NCBI GenBank assembly: GCA_020184695.1
Contig: JAANOX010000119.1
Span: forward strand, 1-30,983
From: Histomonas meleagridis 2922-C6/04-290x
Lineage: Eukaryota > Protista > Parabasalia
Direction of reading: 5' to 3'
Length of the DNA stretch: 30,983 nt
Position 1 is the stretch's first letter. Each line of letters begins with the position of its first letter. Below the pieces are notes generated by a model. That model saw only the letters and a program-made list of their open reading frames with translations, was not told the origin of the DNA and did no database searches. Below are positions 9,639-17,525 of the stretch, piece after piece. The translations under genes and the position numbers were made by a program.

Positions 9639-11609
9639 TTAAATGTGCATCCAACTTCTCATTGCCGCAATGATCTGTGAATCTCTGTGTACTCTTGTGT
9701 AATCACTTCCTGCGTAAGCTTGTGCATCAGCGACATAAGCCTTCGCATAAGCTCTTGATCTACATGATTCGCATGTCGTTACGCACTTCCTGCAATCGGA
9801 TTTACCATCAGGAATCGACTTCACACCATCCTTGAAGTAATACGAAGACAACAACATTCTAATTGGGTAATCGTTATCATTATCAGCGCCGCCATAAGGA
9901 TCAGTGAACAATTTGATTTCATGCATTCTATGTGTGTTTGGATCGCATCCTTTAACGAGTACGCATCCTTTGTCATGCATATCGCGTGATGATGACCCAT
10001 CGTTTTGTTGATCGTGATCATCATTTTGGATAACTTTCCGAATGCGCGATAACCTTCCGCCATCATTATCTGGTTCATTAGGATAACCACTCCACCAAAT
10101 CTTAATTTGATTGATTTCGGTGTCTGTTAATCCTTGTGACTTAAGTTGGTTAGTGAAATATGTTGTGTATGAATAATCAGAATCGCCGACTAAAAGTTGT
10201 GATTCACCGCCAGTGATAACTTCGAGCCACGTGAAGAAGTCGACTGGATATGAGCCGCCTAACCTTTCCTTGAACTTAGCGAAGATTGCTGCTAAGTCAA
10301 TTGGATGAATATGTTTAGCTGCATCAACTCTGAAGCCAGAGAATCCAATGGACAAAAGATCAACAAAATAATCGGCAATACGTGTGCGAACGAATTCTTT
10401 GCTTGTGTCAAGATCTGTTAAACCTGTGAGCCAACCAGTGTTCATTATGTTTGGATCAGTCCATGAATTTAATGATTTGTCGCAATGGAAGTCCATTGGT
10501 CCATATGGTACTGCTGGATATTCAAGTACATTAGATGGTTCGCCCCATGAGTTATATTTGTAAGTATAACCTGGCGTGTAATATGGTGATTGGTTTTCTT
10601 CATCAGATGATTGCTTGCCGGGCCAATATGTACAGCCTGCACCTGGATTACGATGATCTTGTGCATCATTACCGGAGCCTGACATATGATTAACAACTGC
10701 ATCAGCATAAACACGTAATCCATATGAACGACACTTCTTAATCATGTTGCGAAGTTGTGTACGTGTTCCTGCACGTCCTTGTAAACGATATGAAACTGGC
10801 TGATACATGAAGTACCATGGATTAAGTTCGTTCTCCATTGGTTGTGTGGACATAACTTGTTCTTGGTGTGGGAAAAGTTTAACGCCAAGATAGCCAGCTT
10901 CAGCAATGACTTTGCATTCTTCAGCAATATCATCATCTGGCCAACCAAACATTTCGACAATTGCACCTTTTTGTCCGTTACGATAATCGCCATTTCTTTC
11001 TTTAAGTGGTTCAACATTCCAAATGAAATCAATTTCATCAAGTTCAAGTGTTTCACCAGTTGCAGCAACAATTTTGACCTTAAGAAGTCCTGTATAAGAT
11101 GAATCAAATGTCTTAGATGGGCTTGATTGTGGAACACCATCGAAATAATATGTAAGAGAAAGATCATGATGTGTCTTTGTATAAATTGTCACTGTACAGG
11201 ATGTGCGATCTGAGTTATATTGAAGTTGTGCATAACCAACAAGTGTGCTCATATCTTGATAACCTTTCTTCCAACCTTCTGTTCCACGTTTTGGTGTATT
11301 CCAAAGATGAGTAGCCCATTTGCTGTCCATTTCACCAGAACTACTTTGGCAAGATGGAACTTCAAAAGTTGAGCAGTCACTATTTGATGCATTTAAATAA
11401 TAATTACCTATACTATATGTTGCACTTTGATATGTTGTTGTTTTATTTGAACGTGTTCCACCAAATGCAACGTATCCAATTAAAACGCCTGAGACAACGC
11501 CGACTGCAAGACAAATTCCAAGAATAACTTTCTTGATAATTGGGTGATTGTCCTTTGTTTCTTCTCTTTCAACGTTTGAAAGTAATGGTTCGTTTTGCAA
11601 CTCTTCCAT
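9639..11609 (-). CDS. GH13 alpha-amylase with N-terminal type II membrane anchor
   Basis: GH13 motifs FGWP..DIA.EC, YQPVSY, DAVVNHM, GFRVDAAKH (nucleophile Asp), LEV (acid/base Glu) and NDDHD (transition-state Asp). Hydrophobic segment VILGICLAVGVVSGVLIGYVAF near residues 28-49. Inr-like TCATT (plus-strand 11617-11621). Confidence 0.92.
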   Translation of the reverse strand: MEELQNEPLLSNVEREETKDNHPIIKKVILGICLAVGVVSGVLIGYVAFGGTRSNKTTTYQSATYSIGNYYLNASNSDCSTFEVPSCQSSSGEMDSKWATHLWNTPKRGTEGWKKGYQDMSTLVGYAQLQYNSDRTSCTVTIYTKTHHDLSLTYYFDGVPQSSPSKTFDSSYTGLLKVKIVAATGETLELDEIDFIWNVEPLKERNGDYRNGQKGAIVEMFGWPDDDIAEECKVIAEAGYLGVKLFPHQEQVMSTQPMENELNPWYFMYQPVSYRLQGRAGTRTQLRNMIKKCRSYGLRVYADAVVNHMSGSGNDAQDHRNPGAGCTYWPGKQSSDEENQSPYYTPGYTYKYNSWGEPSNVLEYPAVPYGPMDFHCDKSLNSWTDPNIMNTGWLTGLTDLDTSKEFVRTRIADYFVDLLSIGFSGFRVDAAKHIHPIDLAAIFAKFKERLGGSYPVDFFTWLEVITGGESQLLVGDSDYSYTTYFTNQLKSQGLTDTEINQIKIWWSGYPNEPDNDGGRLSRIRKVIQNDDHDQQNDGSSSRDMHDKGCVLVKGCDPNTHRMHEIKLFTDPYGGADNDNDYPIRMLLSSYYFKDGVKSIPDGKSDCRKCVTTCESCRSRAYAKAYVADAQAYAGSDYTRVHRDSQIIAAMRSWMHI

Positions 11610-12199
11610 TAAAGAAAATGATTTGATATCATCAGGTTGGGTTTCTGTTCGATTTCTACCTTCCTGTTTGAATACTTTATATAACCTGTTTCATCTGAAA
11701 ATTCAATGATTTCAGTTTCTTCGACCAAAATTAAACGGTTATAATTCTGTTTTTGCAAATGAAAATTGTAAAAACCCCAAATTGTAATAACAACATAAGA
11801 TTAAATTAATGTAATAATTTTCCTCATTTAATTGCATGTACATTCATTTGTTTGTGTAAAAAAGGCTTAAAGCAGCTTAGATTAAAAGTCAACTTTTAGA
11901 AAATTTCCACATTTTTAATTAGATCTTCAAATTGAAGAAATAGGGGAAATAAAAGAAATTTCTTTTATTTGTTTGCCCAGTAATCGAAATTACACTTTTA
12001 ATAATTGTATCAACTTCTTCGCAAAGATATTCTTTGGTATCTGTTTTTATTTCTTTTAATTATTTGGCCAATGTATGGGCTATTGTTTTCTGTAAGACGT
12101 TGATGTAATGCGTCGATTTTCCAATATAAATTTCAGATAAAGTCATCACAAAGATTTTTCTAATTTCAATAAAAAAAAAAATTAATTAAATTAAAGTTT

Positions 12200-13642
12200 T
12201 TAGTTTTCTACATTTATACCATAAAATTGGCAAATTTGCAAAAATCGATCTTCTTCATCAATTCCACTGATTGCTTCCGCTCCATCGCATCTGTTAAACT
12301 CAGCTACCATTATTTCCATTCCTTCAACAGATCCTACTTTATTGCACAACATGTCGAAAGTATCGCATAAAACTTTCGACAATTCGGCTTCATTTAATTC
12401 GATCAAATCGAACAAAACTCGAAGAAAAGAGCTCTTAACAAGTTCCAAACATTGGATTCCTGACGCCTTATGGACAACGTTGTTCAATAATTTGAAACAT
12501 TCAGTACGAAGTGAAAATTGGAAATCATTAAATTTGTCAATAATTCCTTCAAATATGCCTAATAAGAAGCCAATAGTTCCTTCATTAACAGCGAAGGAAT
12601 TAAGTAACTGTAAAAAGTTTTCTTTCCAAGGAGCACTATCACAAAACATTGTTAATAATTTATCCCATGGAATAACAGAACATATTTTTTCAAACAGTGG
12701 TAAGTTTGATATGTCGCCATTGAGGGCACTTGCTATTGTGATAAAAAGAATTAGAGTTGAGTTGATGACTTCATCATCAGAAGAATTGAGTGCTCTGACA
12801 AAGGTCATTATAGTGTCTTCTTGACAGAAAAAACCTAAAGCAATTTGCGGGTAGTTTCCGCAAAGATTTTCATATATCTGTAAGAGGACACTCCTTTGAG
12901 ATGGATGAGAACTAGCAAAACAACCGAACAGAGTCTGTGAAAATGAAATAACGGTTTTATCATCAGGGTTAACAAGTGGGTGATTAATGAAGTTAAAAAG
13001 GAAGTAAAAAATAGATAACTTTAAGCGTTCGTTCTTGAAATAAAGTGGATCATCAAGAGTTTTGAAGGCAAAATCGGCAATGCCAGATTGTAAAAGGGCA
13101 TTGAAAACAGGAGGGGGAGCATGTGTAATGATCTCAATTAAAAGATAAAAGACAAAGGCTTGCGCAACAGGGGTATAGTAATTGAAAAGTTTTTTGAAAT
13201 GAATAAAAAAATTCATTTTTAAAAGATCTTCACAAAAAAACATGTTTTGCGCAAATAGAAAAAGGGTCCTAAACGAAAGATCAACTATATGACTTTCAAT
13301 AATTAATGAATTGCAATCAATACCATCAGAATCTGGATTTATTCTTATGAGATCGAAAAGAATTTTGGCTGTTTCTTTTTCACATAAGAGTTCATGAATT
13401 TTTTGCTGATCTTTTTCATTTTCAACAAAATAAATTTGAATATTGCTTAAAGCCTCATTAACTTTTGGTGGGTCATTGCTTATATATCCATCTTGAAGCA
13501 TAGAAGTAAATGCAAATAATTGTTCGAAATATTCTTCGAATGACATGTTTTTTATTGGCTTTTTCAAACTATTTGGATCAAACACGTCACCGCTGAAAAG
13601 ATCTTCTAAGCTAAAGTTCTTAAGTCCTTTTTTGTATTCCAT
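12200..13642 (-). CDS. Hypothetical ARM-repeat-like helical protein, 480 aa
   Basis: Intact 480-aa ORF with an amphipathic helical repeat pattern (e.g. LLQSGIADFAFKTL, LVKSSFLRVLFDLI). ARM-like fold is inferred only. Confidence 0.75.
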   Translation of the reverse strand: MEYKKGLKNFSLEDLFSGDVFDPNSLKKPIKNMSFEEYFEQLFAFTSMLQDGYISNDPPKVNEALSNIQIYFVENEKDQQKIHELLCEKETAKILFDLIRINPDSDGIDCNSLIIESHIVDLSFRTLFLFAQNMFFCEDLLKMNFFIHFKKLFNYYTPVAQAFVFYLLIEIITHAPPPVFNALLQSGIADFAFKTLDDPLYFKNERLKLSIFYFLFNFINHPLVNPDDKTVISFSQTLFGCFASSHPSQRSVLLQIYENLCGNYPQIALGFFCQEDTIMTFVRALNSSDDEVINSTLILFITIASALNGDISNLPLFEKICSVIPWDKLLTMFCDSAPWKENFLQLLNSFAVNEGTIGFLLGIFEGIIDKFNDFQFSLRTECFKLLNNVVHKASGIQCLELVKSSFLRVLFDLIELNEAELSKVLCDTFDMLCNKVGSVEGMEIMVAEFNRCDGAEAISGIDEEDRFLQICQFYGINVEN

Positions 13643-13778
13643 GAAAGTTGAGAAAAATGTTGCCCGCTACATTTGACATGTGACATAAAAAAAGCATGCC
13701 GCCGTACAAAAAATAAACGCTTTTAAACGTGCTTTTTATAAGGAAAAAAGTGGTTTCTATCGTTGATTGAACCATTGA

Positions 13779-14033
13779 GTATTCAATTTTTTGATTTATG
13801 GAATTGCTAAATCACTTGAAATTATCTTTAATTTAACAAAAGAAAATCTTGATACATCAATTCACCAAACATGAAATTATTTAAATAACCTTTTATCAAA
13901 ATATTTTGATAATCAATTTCATTTTAATCTCGTTTACAATTGCAAAACAAAAAATTTGATTGATATTCATGTTAAATGCTTAGAAGTAATTCAAATTAAA
14001 GAAGAAATATATAACCATTCCACCAAATCTTAA
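13779..14033 (+). pseudogene. Remnant of an unidentified coding sequence
   Basis: About 84 codons (VFNFLIYGIAKSLEIIFNLTKENLDTSIHQT*NYLNNLLSKYF...) with one internal TGA at 13872 and no ATG. Its 3' end overlaps the amylase relic. Confidence 0.3.
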
Positions 14034-14125
14034 TCTTAATTTGATTAATTTCAGTGTCTGTTAAATCTTGTACCTTAAGTTTGTTAGCGAAATATTGCTG
14101 TATATGAATAATCGGAGTCACCAAC
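14011..14125 (-). pseudogene. Relic fragment of an alpha-amylase paralogue
   Basis: Aligns to amylase bases 10083-10190 in the same orientation. It reads VGDSDYSYTA/YFANKLKVQDLTDTEINQIKIKIWWNGY versus VGDSDYSYTTYFTNQLKSQGLTDTEINQIKIWWSGY, with a 1-nt insertion and a CTTAAT duplication. Confidence 0.9.
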
Positions 14126-14413
14126 ACTTGACTTGTAATATAAATAGAAAAAGAATTAGAATCAAAGATTTTATCAAAGAAATGGTTATGATATTTGAAA
14201 GTTAGTTTCCATGATTTTAATTTTGAATATAAGTTCAGGATGAAAGAGAAAAATTGAAAATAACATATAATTTATCGATTATTAATTATATAAATCATTA
14301 AAAAATTATTATAATGTTTTTTGATCTTACCACTCACTCTAAAGCTTTGAGATACTGTGTAAATATGTAGATGAATATAAAGTTTGTTTTTTATTAAAGA
14401 TCTTGGAAAGTCG

Positions 14414-14430
14414 ACCGTTAATAACCGTTA
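14414..14430. promoter_or_regulatory. Tandem Myb-type element ACCGTTA x2 (reverse complement TAACGGT)
   Basis: ACCGTTA at 14414 and 14424 (10-bp period), about 30-45 nt upstream of the Vta1-like ATG. It matches the canonical Myb YAACKG site. Confidence 0.45.
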
Positions 14431-14457
14431 AAACAGCAAGATTTATTCGATATTAAA

Positions 14458-15192
14458 ATGCTTCAAAATTTTCATCCAGAACCACTTGGCTGTGTACCAT
14501 CAGTACTCTCTTTAATTTCAGCTGCAAAGATGCTTGAAGAAGATCAGCCAGATCTTTCTGGGACTTTTCTATGTTATGCATTTTCCTTATGTAATGATTA
14601 TTTTTCACAGCATCCATCATCACCAGAGATTGACAAAGTTTTTTTAGAACTCAAAGATCTCACTGCTCTTGCTACAATATCAACAGAGAAAGAACTTGAA
14701 CAGTATGGAGATTCATTATATGCAGCAGCAGAAGATTCTGACTATCCTCCTCAAATGTATTCACTTGCGTATTTATGTTATGCCTCAGTTTCTATACACG
14801 GGCCGTTACCCGAACGTACATTTAAAAAAGCCAAACGTGTTGAAGCCAAAGTCAGCAGTTACATTCAACCGCAACCACAGCCACAACAAATACAACAAAA
14901 TAATTATAACAATAACACAACAGACGTGCCAACAGTTTCGTACGGACAAGTTCCGGAAGTTCCCGAAATTGTTGTCAATTATCCAAAAGTGCTCGATGCG
15001 TCTTTAAGGCAGTCGATGGCCAGCGCAAATGTTACTGCTGCAAAACAAAATCCTGTTGCACAGCGTAAGAAAGAAGAATCACGTGCTGCAGAACTTGTAC
15101 ATATTGCAAGAGACGCATTTAAACATGGATCGAATTTGATAGCTTACGGAGCACTTGTCGCAGCGATTAAAGACCTTGAAAATAATCAATAA
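14458..15192 (+). CDS. VTA1: Vta1/LIP5-like Vps4 cofactor (MIT-like N-terminus, low-complexity linker, VSL-like C-terminus)
   Basis: N-terminal LISAAKMLEEDQPDLSGTFLCYAF resembles Vta1 MIT helix 1-2. Q/N/P-rich linker. C-terminal AAELVHIARDAFKHGSNLIAYGALVAAIKDL resembles the VSL helical hairpin. Confidence 0.6.
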   Translation: MLQNFHPEPLGCVPSVLSLISAAKMLEEDQPDLSGTFLCYAFSLCNDYFSQHPSSPEIDKVFLELKDLTALATISTEKELEQYGDSLYAAAEDSDYPPQMYSLAYLCYASVSIHGPLPERTFKKAKRVEAKVSSYIQPQPQPQQIQQNNYNNNTTDVPTVSYGQVPEVPEIVVNYPKVLDASLRQSMASANVTAAKQNPVAQRKKEESRAAELVHIARDAFKHGSNLIAYGALVAAIKDLENNQ

Positions 15193-15632
15193 ATATCAAA
15201 TATTGTTAAATGTAAATGTACAAATTAATTAATTCTAATGTAATGTTTTGTAATAAGAAGCATTGCATACTTTTCATATAATGTTGTTAATGGTTAAAGT
15301 GATTTTGTAATGAAAAGTTTTTAAATAACGAAAATTTGTTTTTGAAATTAAAATAATAGAAGTTCAAAAGGAAGAAGCTAATTGATAAAAACAACAAAAC
15401 GAAGAAACGAAAGAACTAGAAGAACAAATACCAAATCCTGAAGAACTTCTTCACAGAATTACCAATTATTCTCTTGCTCCAAAGACATTATATCCAAGGA
15501 CTGCTTTCTATTTGCACATTGAACAAAATCATCAAAATAATGGAACATCTAAATTAAATGCAAATTTTATATGTTTAAAGCATGCAAGCAAAAATGAAAG
15601 AATAGAAGAGAAATTATTTATATTTACATATT

Positions 15633-16181
15633 TTATGCAATATTTAATGAGGTTTCGAGTTCGTATTTTGCTTTGTGAACACATTTGTAAAATCTGCCAA
15701 AATGGCGATTTTCTCCACATGTATTAACATAATGTGTGAAAAAATGTCTGAACAGAGATATGTTTGAATCCGGCTTCGGAGTCATTGTGACAAGAAGACG
15801 ACAGCCTGGAAAAACAGATAATGCATTTATCAGATTTGCAATTAAAGCTTGTGCTTGAGATGTGTTTGCAACTTCTAGAATGTCTTCGACTATAACAAGT
15901 TCAAGTGGTTGCTCAATATGAAGATGAAGCTGCGATATAGTAAAAAGCAAAGATGCTCGATCTGTAATCCACTTGAATAGCATTCGATCAAAAGTTTCAT
16001 CAAACTCAAGTTTAATTGGCTTCCGTTTTGATTTTGGCTTTTGAGCTAAAATAAGACATACCGATTCTGGATTTTCTTTTAATATAGCTTCAGCATATTC
16101 AAATGAAAACGTGGTTTTCCCTGAATCAGCAAGACCGAAAACTAGACCCCGTGTTGACGGATCTGTTGGGAGAGTTTCCAT
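15633..16181 (-). CDS. SWSAP1: SWSAP1-like RecA/RAD51-paralogue P-loop ATPase, 182 aa
   Basis: Walker A GLADSGKT at the extreme N-terminus and Walker B-like LVIVED. The segment DRMLFKW...SLLFTISQLH..IEQPLELVIVEDI parallels human SWSAP1 QKIRFQY...ELFRLLCSAH...PSLLLLDGL, as recalled. Inr TCACT at plus-strand 16185-16189. Confidence 0.65.
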   Translation of the reverse strand: METLPTDPSTRGLVFGLADSGKTTFSFEYAEAILKENPESVCLILAQKPKSKRKPIKLEFDETFDRMLFKWITDRASLLFTISQLHLHIEQPLELVIVEDILEVANTSQAQALIANLINALSVFPGCRLLVTMTPKPDSNISLFRHFFTHYVNTCGENRHFGRFYKCVHKAKYELETSLNIA

Positions 16182-16622
16182 AAAAGTGAATTTTCAACTT
16201 CACCAAATAAATCAACCAAAGTTAGTGAAATCAAAATACGAATTTTTTCAAAACAAAGAAAGCTTTCTTCAAAGCTTTGATTTCATTGGTATTAGCTAGT
16301 AAAACAATATACCCCAAAGAGTTAATGCTTATATTTATTTGGAAATTAACAGACATAAAATTTAAAAAAAAATTATCTATATTGTCACCTCAGGTAAACA
16401 GCTGCTTCGAGCTCAACAAAAGATTTGTAGCTGCAATGATTTTTAACTCCATGGAACAAATTTAAATTTCATGAAATTTAAATTTTTCATGATAAAACAA
16501 TTCATATTTAAAAAAAAGATCTAACCTTAGAAACAAAACAAAAACTAAATTGAAAGTTAACATATAAAAAACAATATACATTTAATTCCCTATTAATTAT
16601 TTCCAATATTTCTGCTATAAAA

Positions 16623-17060
16623 TTATACTTTCCCAAGCAGCTTAGCAGCGTCTTTCCACTGATTAACAAGAGCGTTGAAGAACTCAATTTCTGCTCCACG
16701 AAGATGTGCAAGCAGAACTCTAAGGTTCATTGCATCATCAAGAACAGCTTCTGTTCCAACATTTGTAATGTTTGTTTTCGTTGCATTAAATTTTTTGCGT
16801 GCTTCTGTTACTTGATTTCTCAAATTAATTAAATTTTGCAATAAATTTTGTGTTTCTAATGACTCTATACATTCGCCAAAAGAGCTTAACTTTTCTACAT
16901 ATTTATCAAGAGATACTGGAAATTCCTGATTGTCATCATTTTCATTTCCTGTTGGTTTGACAGGCCAATCTTTAACACTTTCATCAATTGAAGCAAGTGA
17001 TGAAGCAAGTCCCATCATAGCACTTTTTATTGCTTGTTGTTGCTTAATGATGTTCGCCAT
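16623..17060 (-). CDS. Hypothetical alpha-helical/coiled-coil protein, 145 aa
   Basis: ATG-initiated intact ORF with coding-like composition and a heptad pattern; no recognised motif. Confidence 0.75.
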   Translation of the reverse strand: MANIIKQQQAIKSAMMGLASSLASIDESVKDWPVKPTGNENDDNQEFPVSLDKYVEKLSSFGECIESLETQNLLQNLINLRNQVTEARKKFNATKTNITNVGTEAVLDDAMNLRVLLAHLRGAEIEFFNALVNQWKDAAKLLGKV

Positions 17061-17480
17061 CTATTTTTTGCTTGCATGTGCACATGAACACATTCAAAAA
17101 TTCAAAGCATAAACGGTTTGCATTTGAGTTTTGGGAAGATTTTAATTAAAAGTTCCATCGGTGTTACAACGTCTTTTTCTGTGCAATTTAATCGTAATGT
17201 ATAAATTTTTCTAAACTTTTTGCAGAATTATCACACCAAATAGTAAAATCAAATTGTCTTATCCAGATGTATAACTTTTCATTTATTAATGAGAGGGATT
17301 TCATTCTAAACTTAATGTTCGAGCTAATTATGTATTCTTTAAAAATTAGACAATAATAATTATTTTTTTCGATATTGATTGCTTAAGAATCAAAGCGAAG
17401 TTGCTTTGAAGGTTTAAAATATTATGAATTAAATATAAAAATCTTTGAAAAATCGAATTTTTTTGAGATTTCGAGCGATG

Positions 17481-17508
17481 GACGTTTATATTTAAAATGA
17501 CGTTTATA
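17481..17508. promoter_or_regulatory. Direct repeat GACGTTTATA x2 upstream of kinesin
   Basis: GACGTTTATA at 17481-17490 and 17499-17508, 18-45 nt upstream of the kinesin ATG. Confidence 0.5.
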
Positions 17509-17525
17509 ATTTCAAAAAATCCAAA

